NCBI GenBank assembly: GCA_025786725.1
Contig: JAHLTZ010000035.1
Location: forward strand, 1 to 64,000
Reading direction: 5' to 3'
Length of the DNA stretch: 64,000 nt
Origin: Syncephalis fuscata S228
Lineage: Eukaryota; Fungi; Zoopagomycota
This document shows, one piece after another, positions 1 through 13,012 of this stretch. Below the pieces are notes generated by a model. It was not told where the DNA came from, did no database searches, and was given only the letters and a program-made list of their open reading frames with translations. Made by a program: the position numbers and the translations under genes. How positions within the stretch are numbered: the first letter of the stretch is position 1; each line of letters begins with the position of its first letter.

Positions 1-67
1 CTACTTACCAATAAATACAGATAAATAAACAAACATCGATTAAAGTTAAATGGATGAATGAATGAAT

Positions 68-98
68 AGATGGATGGATGGATGGATGGATGGATGGA
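68..98. repeat. (GGAT)n microsatellite, mirrored at ~17674-17705
   Basis: Directly visible. Confidence 0.85.
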
Positions 99-299
99 TA
101 AATAAAGGTAATGTACAAAAGTATAATGTTTGTGATGTTTGTATAAAATTGAATAATCGCAGATTTAGTAGGCACAGTTTACCAGTCATTTTGCACTTAT
201 CATATTTTACAGTCCAGTATTTAACACATTCATGCATTATTTGATAGTCAATAAAATATAATAAGGCCATTTAATTTATAGTATATATATGATACTTTA

Positions 300-890
300 T
301 TATCTTTGGCATGTACCGTTTAACACTTGCTTATAATCGCTGTATGTTCGGTCAAGCATTCGGTCAATCAGGAATATTGTATTGCTATTAGGTTTATAAT
401 TGCCAAGAACCATTGCGCAATTTACATATGAAACTTCATTTCTCACATAAAAACAAAGTTTTTTCTTTGCATAGCTATTGACTCGTTTACAGCGATTTGG
501 AAACATAGCATTAGGTAACTCATCGCGAGAGAATATGTAATATTTTGCTTGTTCGGCGGTTAAAGTACCAATAAAAGAATTATTTATCGGTACAAAAATA
601 ACACTGTCTCTAGTATTTAGTAAAGAAGGGTTCCTGGAGCTAGATTTAAGCGCCTCAGTGATGGCAGAATAAAACGAGCTAATACCTTGGTTGTTAATAG
701 TTCCTAACGCATATCCTAATAAAGACCTATCGCTTTTCCATGAATTTTGGGGTTAAGTAAAATCCCTTTTTAAAAGAGCGTGCTTCGCATCAAATGTCTC
801 AATAACGTTTTTTCCATGAAAATATTCGGCAGGAACAGCTATCACTACCGAGAATAAAACAAATGCAAGAAATATAACGTGTAATAACAT
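300..890 (-). pseudogene. Secreted FAS1 (fasciclin)-like protein, copy A, with one in-frame stop
   Basis: Manual translation from ATG 890 aligns without gaps to ORF 16880..17470 (both 591 nt): signal peptide MLLHVIFLAFVLFSVVIA, KR site, SVIFVPINNSF, YVNCA..NTIFLIDRML. TAA at 755-753 lies where the paralog has AAA (Lys). Confidence 0.65.
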
Positions 891-1709
891 GCTTAAAATG
901 ATGGAGTGCTATCACAATAAATGGTATGCTTGATATAAACAGAATGCAGTTGATGCTTAATAGTATAGAAATGCAGTTGATGTTTGAAAATACAGAAATG
1001 CTAAACAAGAAGGATGCAATGAAATAAATGCAAAGTGAAGAGTATATTGTTAACTTTGTACCATTTATTTGTAGCTTTATACAAAGGATTGCACTCAATA
1101 ATAACTGCCCAACTATTGGTCAAAGTCCATATTGAGATTGGCAAAATACGTCATTGCCTATTTATTGTGCCTTTGCTCCTTTGATTGTTGCTATTCAAAT
1201 AAACATTGAATATACTTGTTACTTTAGTTTATATCACTAACTGTATATTTATGCAATTACTTATAAACAGTCTAGCTGATGGTTTTAATCTACAGCTATT
1301 TAATCAAAAGGCTAAGATAGTTTCATCATGCGATATATTGTTGAACATTATACTTGTGTAACCATCAGGTTGAATGTAAAGCACATGCTTCATCATCCAT
1401 TTACCGACCTTCTTTGTTCTCGTATACACACTTGCAAAATACGTGAACTGTAACATGCGGTACAACCACATGAACATGAGTTGTTGCCATTCCCATCAGA
1501 GTAGACCTTGAATACCACATGAACACAAATAACATTTATTAGTGCAGTATAGCGTGATGTATTCATTCAATCTGTTACTCATTCTATTACTCTGTATTTG
1601 CACTCAACATTCGTACTATTTGTAACTTTGTTTACTGGAGCTAGCAGGTCTGCTCTATTCTGTCATAATCAACTCGTATCACCAACTATTTAACTTACTT
1701 TTTAAGTAA
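891..1709. promoter_or_regulatory. Shared bidirectional intergenic region of the FAS1-like / 2-TM gene pair
   Basis: Lies between divergent starts. Near-identical to 16060..16879 (inverted) and partly to 13013..13555. Confidence 0.6.
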
Positions 1710-3251
1710 CTGCGTTTCCTAAATCCCCTGCATGAACCAACTTCACTTGTAATATCGCGTTTCCTATTTTTAGTTATAGGAATTGCTGGATTATTTTTTT
1801 TAATTTTTAATCAATTTAGTGATTTACTTGAATTAGATGATATTTATCTAATTGCGCATCAAACTGAGCCACTTGCTGTACCATCTATATTATTTCGAAC
1901 AATAGTAGCAAATAATTCACTTATTGATTATCATGGTATAATTGCCAATGATTCATACGTATTTATGGAAGGCAGTCATGAGGCTGATTTTCCCAATTGG
2001 AGTGACAATGTAACTGACTCAAGCTACCCAATTCAAGATTGGCAGCTATCTAATGGAGCTTATAGGTCTCGTTCATTAAACAATTCAAAACTTTCTATGT
2101 TTATGCTAAAGCCCAATATTAGTGCTATATTTGTTCCTAAAGCCTATTACGGTTCAGACAAAATCTATATGGGTAAAACCCCTATCGTTGAAATTAATAT
2201 AAAAATCAAAATGGAATATAAAACTTTTATATCGAATATTAATAAGCGGCCTTTTAGTTTTTATACGGATATATTTTTTATCAATAATCCTGATCTACTT
2301 AATTTAACAAAACACGAAAAACCATTTGATCTGGCTACAATTGATTATGATTCTCGTTTTACCGTAAAAAGTGGAACCAGTAATAGGGCTGGCTTTCTCA
2401 AAACTTATAAAGAAAAGAATGGACAAGCTGAAATTATCTACGATTTCAAGTTTTATGAACAACCAGGAACAGATCCAGCAGTAGCCGAGTTTACCATTGT
2501 CCCTCGTAACAAGCCATCTGAAGATAACAATGGTTTTATAGTAAAAAGAGAAATTGCACGACATCCCGTTAGTTGGTTCCAAGCAGTTGGTGCTATTGGT
2601 GGCGCTATATCACTATTTATCGTTATTTACACTATATTTTTTGGTCAAAGTCGTCTCCGGCCATGGGGAATCATTCAACGATACATTATGCGCAACAAGA
2701 TGCTTAGTATTTTACCACAGTCTATGGTCAGCATTAGATCATATTACAATCCCGAATTTAATCACGGACCAGCTACTGATATGAAAGGTTTAAATAAGAC
2801 AAACCCAGAACCATACAAGACAGCATTCCGGTCATCAAAGTCTACTGTCAACACATATCGACAAGATCCGCCAAATAATGACATATCTCAACGTATACCA
2901 TCCATACTTATTAATGGCGAGCAGCCATACTTATCCACTGCTGATGCTCATGCCAGTGAAATAAGTAAACTCAAGACAATGATAGCAGCACAAATGAAGC
3001 AAGTTACAGTGATGTCAGATCAGCTTGCAATGCTTGAAAGTAATCTAAGCACAAACAACAGTACTATACTGCTAGATAAATCGACTCTGGATAATACATG
3101 TCTATCAAATACATCAATGGCTCGGTATAGTGAACCATTTGTATCTTCACGTAGTGCAGCAGCATTTGAGACTCGCTTATCAAATATCGAAGCTTTCCAG
3201 TCTCGATTGGGAACATTCTACTTGTCATCTGATCTGTTTAGAAATGATTAG
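1710..3251 (+). CDS. Two-TM membrane protein with large ectodomain and C-terminal coiled coil (DEG/ENaC/P2X-like topology), copy 1
   Basis: The frame is open from CTG 1710 (paralogs have AAC-ATG-CGT; the A is missing here). TM1 ISRFLFLVIGIAGLFFLIF, then EPLAVPSILF, TM2 WFQAVGAIGGAISLFIVIYTIFFG, LRPWGIIQRY and RLSNIEAFQSRL. Intronless. Confidence 0.8.
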   Translation: MRFLNPLHEPTSLVISRFLFLVIGIAGLFFLIFNQFSDLLELDDIYLIAHQTEPLAVPSILFRTIVANNSLIDYHGIIANDSYVFMEGSHEADFPNWSDNVTDSSYPIQDWQLSNGAYRSRSLNNSKLSMFMLKPNISAIFVPKAYYGSDKIYMGKTPIVEINIKIKMEYKTFISNINKRPFSFYTDIFFINNPDLLNLTKHEKPFDLATIDYDSRFTVKSGTSNRAGFLKTYKEKNGQAEIIYDFKFYEQPGTDPAVAEFTIVPRNKPSEDNNGFIVKREIARHPVSWFQAVGAIGGAISLFIVIYTIFFGQSRLRPWGIIQRYIMRNKMLSILPQSMVSIRSYYNPEFNHGPATDMKGLNKTNPEPYKTAFRSSKSTVNTYRQDPPNNDISQRIPSILINGEQPYLSTADAHASEISKLKTMIAAQMKQVTVMSDQLAMLESNLSTNNSTILLDKSTLDNTCLSNTSMARYSEPFVSSRSAAAFETRLSNIEAFQSRLGTFYLSSDLFRND

Positions 3252-3324
3252 TCTAATTAATATCTATAATAACTTATATAATTATATTTGCCATAATAAA
3301 TGTGTATTCACAAATCAAAAAATA
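2440..3324. repeat. Inner inverted repeat, near-identical to ~11404..12285
   Basis: The 3' half and 3' flank of 2-TM copy 1 equal those of copy 2 in reverse complement (identical track ORFs 2554..2784/11940..12170). Confidence 0.9.
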
Positions 3325-3498
3325 ATATATAAACTGAATATGTATCCAATTAATTACATTCTATTACCAATATTTATTAACGACTTGTAATTGAATAAAA
3401 CAATTGGGACTTTAACATATCAACACACTGAATAAACGAAAAATGTAATGCTTTGTTAGAAAATAGCTAAAACAATACAGTAAAATAAAACCAATAGC

Positions 3499-6210
3499 TT
3501 AATCTCCATCGGATATATCAAGTTCCGCCGTCATACACTGAAACGCTAATTCTTGTACAGCACCATAACTGTTGTGTCGACGTATACCCTGTTCTATTGT
3601 TCGTCTATCGATCATACTACGATGAGGTCGTTGTCCGTTAGGAGAACCTACGGTAGAGTAGGATTGGTCGTTTCGTTGTGGTAAATCGCGTCGTGTGGCA
3701 TCGAAACGGCGCAAGCGTAGTCGGTAGATGATCTCATCGATCGTCAATTCAATCTGACAATGGTTACGTATAATGGCAATTTCTATAGTAATTTACAGTT
3801 AAGATATCAATCGTATATACAAATAGCGTATTAGTGTAAAATTCTATGTATAAAAAGGATACTGGGCCAAGTGGCACGTTCACCGCGTAGCATCGACTCT
3901 GTCATCATTTCATCTGATGGATTAACCAGTAAGTGAGGAAATTGAGACCAGGCGATATCTGGAATAATGGTAATATCTCCTTCGTATCGTTGAGATAAAA
4001 TAGCTCGTAATTTACAAGTGGTATTTGGCATAACGCCTAAATCATCCAACTAACTCAATGGTATTTAGTAATATATAATATATAATATAGAGTGTGTATA
4101 GTTTACCTGTGCTAAACGATGTTGCAATTCCTGAACCGCTAAATTCATCATCCAAGAACCCGCCCGATGTAAAGGTGACTCCGAAATAGACTTGCGTAAA
4201 AATGGAATAACATGTGGATTGACTATAAATATTGTAAGAAATAGACTAATCTACAGTATTCCTATCTATTCTATTCTTACCTTGACAAACAATAAAGTGA
4301 TTTATATTGAACAGTTCAGATAGCTTGTTCATCGGTAAATCACTAATAAAATCATAGTTAATTAATAATGTATATTAAATTATTCAATTAAATACCTACG
4401 TTTCTACCGAGCCATCAATCCAACGATGGCCTAAATATACTCGTGTCAGCATAGCTGCTATTAAAGTCAATTAGACATACCAGCCATATTCCATGGGACA
4501 ATCTTGCCTGTCTGGTCCTTTACCATAAGTCGAGTGGATTGAAACACTAAGGGAACTGCACACGATGCCATACTATTCGTTCATTATATATTTACATGTA
4601 TAATATTAGTATATATACTAGCTATAACTATCCCAACTTACACAGCAGACCAAATGACTACATTGGGCGTAGTAAGATAGTTCAGCAATTGTGGCATTTC
4701 ATGATTTGTCGATGAACTAACGGCAATATTAAGAATACGACGGGTTCTATTAAATGCTTCCTATTATTAAATAACATTATAACTTAGCCGTCACTACTGC
4801 TAATACTAGTCCATGATTACAATACCTGAAATGTCAAATCACCTAGAATGTTATATAATGATGTCTTCATAGTAGATTTATCATAAAAATTCCCTACTCA
4901 TATTCCATAAATATCTGAATATATTATAAACAATATTGCTTATACTTACCATGCTTAAGAAATCGAGATATTTTATCATAGATACCATCATCGCTAAATG
5001 AATCAAAGAATTTCTAATAGTGACATTATTAACAATCCTACTATTATAATCATCAAATCTATTACTTACAAGCTCTACTGCTCCTGGTTGTAAAAGTTGA
5101 TCCACTTCTTCATCAGTATGTGTACAAATAATGGATGCAATAATAGAGCCACTTGATGTACCAGATATAACTCGTGGCAATAAATTACACTCCTTTAAAC
5201 AACGAATAACACCTATGTGTGTTAGGCCTATATTCATCATACTACTCATTAATATATATATATATATATATATCATCACCATCATCCTCTACTTATATAA
5301 AGACTTACCAAATGTTGCTCCACCACTTAATAATAAAGCCGTACGACCATAAGCATGTCGAACATTAATGAAAAAGTCGTATCGTGCATCCTCAGATGTC
5401 CATTCATCGTAATCGACATCAGAAAGAAAGTTCAACTGTAAAACTACTTCCTCAATAAATTCTTCAATAAGCTTCTTCGTACCAATACGTGTATGTGCAT
5501 AGTTCTAATCAATGACATCATCATTATTAAATAGTTATTAATAATAAGCCATTTAACTTACCCGTGGATTACCCATATCAGCAAAATGACGTGATAATGA
5601 CGATCGAAGTAAGAATATCATAGCTGATATATTATTTGATTCTCTGGCAGCCCGTAACTGCTCAATACGTAACTTCAATATTCCATAGTCATAGTCGGAA
5701 GAGACAGGATTTTGTTTCCATGTATCTTTACCTATTATTATAATAAACATGTTAGATTGTTCTATCAATAACAACTATATATTACCATCTTGTTGATCAA
5801 GTATCAATGCAGCTGATGCCCATTGTTCGTAATTGGTGGCTACACTCATCAAATGCTCGTAATAATCCCTTCTATCATGTGGATTTAATATAGCAAAATA
5901 CTTTTCCTAATTATTATAATACACAATTAATTAATTAAAATGTTAATTAATTAACCAACTAACTATTAGCTACCTTTAACCATTGTGCAGACTGATAACC
6001 AATTTCATGTCTTTTATCTAATAACTGATATAGCCACCCAGTCTTAGATTTATCTTCAGCGGTGAATTCTTTAGGTTCTTCAATAAAATCCTCAACTGAA
6101 GAAGTCTTTGTTGTTTGTGTTGTTTCCGAGTCCGAGTCTTCCAGTAGCTCATCTTCAAACGCCATCCAAACAGGACGATCGGTATGGTTGAGCACTGGAG
6201 GAGGAGACAT
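3499..6210 (-). CDS. Patatin-like phospholipase / triacylglycerol lipase (Tgl3/4/5 family), multi-exon
   Basis: [25 protein letters not shown] nucleophile motif, [38 protein letters not shown]. Confidence 0.92.
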
Positions 6211-6467
6211 ATAAACGAGAGCAGCTATAGCAGTAGGTAGTTTGATATCAGTATTTAGTAGTTATAAACGAATTGACTGTAAAAGTAGAGTAGATGACAA
6301 GGTAAGTGGCGGAATTGAATGAAAGTAAAAGTGTTGTTCAGTCGGAGAATGGCAGTCTCCACAAAAACAACAATGTTTATTGGTACTTTCTATTTTAGTC
6401 TAGTTTATTGATTTGCCTTCCTACTCTTGTTTTTAGTTGCATATACAGGTATCAGTTATTGGTTGAA

Positions 6468-8429
6468 ATGCATGCAAGTAGTATTAGCCATGATGCTTGA
6501 ATCTATATGTATATACGATTAACAGTATATTTAAATATAGATTGCCATAGAGGGATGTGGACACGGTGACCTCGATGCTATTTACGCCGAGATTCAGCGG
6601 CGTGAAGAGGCACAGGGCTGCCGTGTTGACTTGCTGCTTATATGCGGTGATTTTCAGGTAAGTACTACGCTTAACACGATAGTAGCTAATAGTATTTAGG
6701 CGGTGCGTAACTTTGAAGACTTGGCAACTATGGCTTGTCCTGTAAGATTCCGTAAATTGGGCGATTTTCACCGTTATTATTCTGGTGAAAAGGTGGCACC
6801 TATTTTAACACTATTTATTGGTGGCAATCACGAAGCGAGTAATCACTTACAAGAACTGTAAGTTATTAATGGTTTAAAAAGATTTACTAATAAGTCTAGA
6901 TATTATGGTGGATGGGTCTGTCCCAATATCTACTATTTAGGTGCAGCAGGAGTTGTTCAATACGGTGGATTGCGTATTGGTGGTATTAGCGGTATTTACA
7001 AGTCTCATGACTATACTAAAGGTAGTGCTGTTTAATAGCGATTATGACTATAGATATACTAATAGAAATACAGGTCGTTTTGAAGAACCTCCATACAACA
7101 AAAGTGATGAACGAAGTATCTATCATATTCGTAGTTATGATATTGAACGATTATCAATGGTAGATACCAAGTGTAATAGCAATGGTACATTATATTGATG
7201 TACACACTGGTTAATAGATAAGAGAACGACTTCATGTAATTATGTCTCATGATTGGCCATGTGGTATTGAACAATACGGTAATTTGAATCGTCTTTTATC
7301 ACAAAAACCATTTTTACGTAGAGATGTAAGTTTGTATTAGTAGATCATTTATATTTATTAATTAATATAAGCGACTATTAGATATCTACTAAATCTTTGG
7401 GATCACCGAAGAGCATGGATTTATTGCATCGTGTTCAACCACTTTATTGGTTTGCTGCTCATCTTCATGCCTACTTTAAAGCAACAGTTCAACATCCAGT
7501 TACCGCAGTTGAAACAGTTGACAAGCAACAAGAACTAATTAATATTGGTAATCCAGAAGCTATTTCACTAGGCGATCTAGGCGATGATAGTAGTGGTAAT
7601 GATGACAAGGACGATGGTATTCAATTTGAAGGAGCACCTCAAGTTGATGTACTTGCTGTTGTTGAACAGAATCCAGATCAAATAGCTTTAGATATAAGCG
7701 AAGAAGATGAAGATGATGATGATGATGATGAAGAAGAGGATAGTAATAATGAACAGAATGAACAGAATGAAAGGTCAATTGGCGATATGTTTATAGATAC
7801 AGTTGGTGTAAATGCATCAGCATTACCAAAATTCCCAGTAACCAATTTCCTAGCGTTAAGTAAACGACAATCTAAATTTGAATTTCTTGAGGTATGTTTA
7901 TTAAATAATAGTAATAATAATAATAGTAAATTTGAATATATTGTTATATCTATAGATTATAGAAATTACTGATGAATTGAATGAAGCACCATCTACATTT
8001 TGTTATGATCTTGAATGGTTGGCTATTTTACGGGCAACACGTCCCTATCTATCATTACGTTATCGTCAATCAAGTCTACCCTGTAATGATGCAATTTACC
8101 GGTAATATTATATACAATGATTGTATTTACACTATTTATTAACTAGCAATACGAATAGTGAAATCGATAAGGAGCGTAAATGGATAGCAGCCAATGTCAC
8201 TGATTTACAAATCCCACACAATTTTACGATGACCGTACAGCCACCTACGCCTCAAGAAGCGAGTGGACCTACACGCACAAATGTAGAAACACCACGTAGG
8301 TTAACATGTTACTGACCCACTACCTACTAATGACTATAATGACTATAATAACTATTAGGATTTACCCGCAATCCACAAACTACCAATTTTTGTCAAATGT
8401 TAGGTATTGCCGAACCAACTTGGCAATAA
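6468..8429 (+). CDS. DBR1: RNA lariat debranching enzyme, multi-exon
   Basis: [49 protein letters not shown]-terminal NPQTTNFC. Start is ATG 6468 or 6472. Confidence 0.93.
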
Positions 8430-8584
8430 ATAATAAATAACATTACAATGACTATTAATGATATAATAGAATGTCAATCTGTATTTATTCTTATACTATA
8501 ACAATGTATAGAGGGGGTAATTGTAATAGTAGTCGTTGATGATTCAGTAGTGGCTATTACCATTAGATAACGAGACTTAGTGAA

Positions 8585-8960
8585 TTAGAAACGATCGCGT
8601 GAATAGCTATAACAATAACAGAGGCAAGGGCAATCAATAATGCATGCATTAGTATGGTGTTACACACACTATTATAGTGGCATGTAGTACATGGTATATA
8701 GTACACGCACATATACATCCACGTGCATACACCTACCTTTTGGCAAATTCTTGGTTAACGGCAAACATCTTGGTGTTTGTATCTTGCGTGACATGGAGCC
8801 ATGGGTATGGGTTATTATGGCGATCCCAAACGACTTCAGTACCGCGAGCTAGACGGGTTACATACCAGGCAGCACCACCCACGGCAACACCCAATACACC
8901 GACAATAGGCAATACTTCAACGCGATACCAATTTTTCATAAAGCTTTGACGGAACGACAT
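8585..8960 (-). CDS. NDUFA4/COXFA4 (MLRQ/B12D family) mitochondrial respiratory subunit, 2 exons
   Basis: MSFRQSFMKNWYRVEVLPIVGVLGVAVGGAAWYVTRLARGTEVVWDRHNNPYPW, spliced to SYSRDRF*. Confidence 0.85.
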
Positions 8961-9596
8961 ATTGGATAGCTGTAAAATGGATGCGATAGATAATAGATGA
9001 GACGAGACAAGTAAGTAGAAATGGTAAGTAACGTTAAAGGTAATAAATAATATCGATAGTACGTTAGATGAGTGTAAATATATATTCTTAATACTATCGG
9101 AGATAAGTAACACCAATATCGCCTACTTACTGAAACTATGAGATTTACCCAAACAATAAAAGTGAGTGAACTATTGTTGTAATAGAAGAAAGATACCGAG
9201 TGGTGGAAGAGAATCAACGGAACTGACTTTTTATGGCCCGTTATCGCCATTCATATTATAGTTATTATCAGGTTGATTAACCACCGCTTCTTCACATTGT
9301 TCTTGCTCTAATTCTCATTCTATGTAAATACTCCGTCTGTGTGTGTGTGTGTGTGTAAAGGCGTGTTAATTCATCTGATTGGATCATTCATTTACAGATC
9401 GATGAAAACGGTAATCTATTTTTTTTTATCTGTCGGAATGAATCGGGATTAACCTTGGACTTTCACGTCAGGTGTACCAATGAACAAATAGTTACATATT
9501 TATCAACAATAATAGTATAATAGTATAATGGTGTAATAACAGTAATTATATAATAAATGGGATGGCTTAATTATCTAAACGATAAGTTTAATAGAT

Positions 9597-10958
9597 TTAA
9601 AAAATGGGAATGTACTGATTGATTCGATCCTTTTGCTGTTGACTAATACACTCGGCAATCCATACAATGTTACGGATTTCTTGTTCCTTAAGGCGGATTA
9701 CGCATAAAAGACGCCATAATGGAATTGTTGTTGGAAGGCGAGTTTGTTCAGGTGCACTTCATGGAAGAAGAAGTTATCCTCGAGTGAGCGGTGTTGTTGA
9801 GTGTCAAAGAATCCTCGATATTCCTATTCGTATAATAATAATAATGATATGGATTGAATGAGTGGTGCACAATAAAGCATATTGAATGTCAATTAGACCA
9901 TATAACTTACTGAGTATTGTTCGCATATACCCTTAACAGCATCGACATCATCGCACGTGCTAAGCGTAGATGGCCAGCTGGAAATAGCTTGCCGAACTTG
10001 GGGAACAAGCGAGAACGATCCTCCTTGGTCAGCTCAGTGCCAAAGCTATTAGCAGTAATATTAATAGTACGGCGATCAGCTTCAAACTAAATAACAATAT
10101 TAATTAATTAATAAATATTCAATATTAATAAATATATGTATATTCATACCTCAAGTATTTCCGTCATAATTTCACCGGTTGGACCGTTGAGTGTCGTGCA
10201 GAACTGGTAAAAGTCTTCAAGGTAAGCTTTGTACAAAGTATTACGAATAATCTCAATATTTAATTCATCGAGATCATGCGCTGATAAACAGCCTTGGAAA
10301 TAAGGTGCTGTAAATAATAATTAATAAATAGTCATATGGATATTAATCATAAATACTGACCCAAAGGTGTTTCCACTAATACTGTGTGATAGATATCTGA
10401 CACAGTTGAGGCGGCACAGAGAGCAGGCATTGCATCAAAGATACCTAATGGATGGCATCGATCAAGTAGTTCATGCGTATCGCGGTCGTGTAGTGTGCCC
10501 GTAATCAGTAGAATAACATTGTCGATCATATAGCCATAGCTGAAATTAAGTATTATTGATGGTTAATAATGGCTATACTACGACAATATATTATTCTACA
10601 TTAACTTACGTCATAAAATCAAGGAATTTAGAAAGTGGAGCAACTGCACTTTGTCTCATGTACTGGAACTCTTCAACAAGCTGTTCGGTACATTTCTCGG
10701 CAATAGTAGACGTGGCCAAAGGAGACGGTTCATTTTGCAATAGATTGCCATAATCTGTAGCTGATAGCTGCAACTTTAAATCTACGTACATTAACTTTAG
10801 TCATGCTAGTAATAAGCGAGTAATAACTAGTACTGACCATCCAAAGACTCGCACTGCGTTAGATTCAAATAGTTTGTGGAGGAGAGTAGGCCACTGCGAT
10901 AGCCACGCACGATACCTTCGAGGTAACCGTCGTCCACATTAAACATAAGTGCTTCCAT
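9597..10958 (-). CDS. VMA6: V-type ATPase V0 subunit d, multi-exon
   Basis: [70 protein letters not shown], ends YIPIF*. Confidence 0.96.
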
Positions 10959-11474
10959 GATGAGTAGCTATAAACAATAGCAGCAAAACTTGAATAAACG
11001 AATAACAAGATAGCGTGGTAGCGTCAATAATAACAACAGCAATAGCGACAGAAGCACCAGTAGTCAGCGGTGGAAGATGGCGAATAGCAACAGAAAGATG
11101 TAAAGAGTGTCGTCATAAACATACCTTTTCTCCTGTAACATGAGGATCACTTGACAATTTCTAATCCTGTTTGAGTGAGTTATAATTGACTGAAATATAT
11201 TCGATGCTTGTACGTATTATAGTTACAATATAATGTATAATATATTTATTTAATAAACATCAGTGATAATAAATCAAATAGCTATTGATTTGATGAGTAG
11301 TTGTTAGTAATATGAAAATGTACTTATTATTATAAATGATTTTCACTATGTTATTATTACATAGTAATTATACGATTATTTGTCGATTAACTAATAAATG
11401 CTATTTTTTGATTTGTGAATACACATTTATTATGGCAAATATAATTATATAAGTTATTATAGATATTAATTAGA

Positions 11475-13012
11475 CTAATCATTTCTAAACAGATCAGATG
11501 ACAAGTAGAATGTTCCCAATCGAGACTGGAAAGCTTCGATATTTGATAAGCGAGTCTCAAATGCTGCTGCACTACGTGAAGATACAAATGGTTCACTATA
11601 CCGAGCCATTGATGTATTTGATAGACATGTATTATCCAGAGTCGATTTATCTAGCAGTATAGTACTGTTGTTTGTGCTTAGATTACTTTCAAGCATTGCA
11701 AGCTGATCTGAATCACTGTAACTTGCTTCATTTGTGCTGCTATCATTGTCTTGAGTTTACTTATTTCACTGGCATGAGCATCAGCAGTGGATAAGTATGG
11801 CTGCTCGCCATTAATAAGTATGGATGGTATACGTTGAGATATGTCATTATTTGGCGGATCTTGTCGATATGTGTTGACAGTAGACTTTGATGACCGGAAT
11901 GCTGTCTTGTATGGTTCTGGGTTTGTCTTATTTAAACCTTCATATCAGTAGCTGGTCCGTGATTAAATTCGGGATTGTAATATGATCTAATGCTGACCAT
12001 AGACTGTGGTAAAATACTAAGCATCTTGTTGCGCATAATGTATCGTTGAATGATTCCCCATGGCCGGAGACGACTTTGACCAAAAAATATAGTGTAAATA
12101 ACGATAAATAGTGATATAGCGCCACCAATAGCACCAACTGCTTGGAACCAACTAACGGGATGTCGTGCAATCTCTTTTTTCACTATGAAACCATAGCTAT
12201 TGTCAGATGGTTCATTGCGAGGAACAATGGTAAACTCGGCTACTGCTGGATCTGTTCCTGGTTGTTCATAAAACTTGAAATCGTAAATGGCCTTTTCCTG
12301 ATTATTTCTTTTTTTATAGCTTTGAAGGAAATCAATTTTAGTTTTGGTTCCATTTTTTACGGTAAAACGAAACCCGGAATCGACTGTTGCCAAATCAAGT
12401 GGTTTACCATGCTTTGTTGAATTAAGTAAATCAGGATTGCTGATAAAAAATACATCAGTTTGAAAATTAGGATTTTTCTAGTAGTGATTAATCGATGACT
12501 ATAAAAGTTTAATGTAATTTTTATATTGATTTCATTAGTAATACTTCTGTTCTCATAAATTCTTTTCAAATAGTTATGAGCTTTAGGAACAAACACAGCA
12601 CTAATATCGGGTTTGAGCATAGTCATAGAAAGCTTCGAATAATTTAGTGAACGAGATCTATAAGTACGACTTAAAAACCGCCAATCTTGAACTGAGTAAC
12701 TTGAATCAGTTACATTTTCTCCCCAATTAATAAAATCAGCTAAACCATCGTCTTCAATTAATACGAATGACATATTAGCAATTTTAACATCATAGTCAAT
12801 AAATGAATTAGACCCTACTATTGTTCGAAATAGTATAGATGGTACAGCAAGTGGCTCAACATCATACTCAATTTGATAAATCTCCTTCAGTCGAAGTACG
12901 TCGATAATTTGATTAATAATAAAAAATGCTAATGCAGCAATCCCTATTACTAGGAATAGAAAACGCGATATTACAAGTGAAGTTGGTTCATGCAGGGATT
13001 TAGGAAACGCAT
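11475..13012 (-). CDS. Two-TM membrane protein, copy 2 (several 1-nt frameshifts)
   Basis: Paralog of 1710..3251 starting at ATG 13012. ORF pieces 12357..12773, 11932..12393 and 11475..11696 are joined by single-base deletions. Confidence 0.75.

Larger units (their letters stand above)
1..2233. repeat. Left arm of inverted segmental duplication (partner ~15538..17770)
   Basis: Position 1 onward is the reverse complement of 17770 backward. Non-coding parts are near-identical, and identical spurious ORFs appear in the track (46..270/17501..17725; 799..1098/16672..16962). Confidence 0.95.

Noticed and set aside
46-270. Short duplicated ORFs (46..270, 62..244, 799..1098, 16293..16541, 16672..16962, 17501..17725)
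   Set aside because: They are translations of duplicated non-coding or microsatellite DNA with no coding features.
1710-1712. CTG non-AUG start for 2-TM copy 1
   Set aside because: Both paralogs have AAC-ATG-CGT, so a missing A from sequencing error is the simpler explanation.
6468-6540. GC-AG first intron in DBR1
   Set aside because: An equally in-frame ATG CAA/GT model exists, and the two cannot be separated without transcripts.
7560-7778. His/Gln-rich antisense ORF, and other antisense ORFs over ATP2, ABCD, GGC1 and the subtilase
   Set aside because: They are shadows of real genes on the opposite strand or in another frame.
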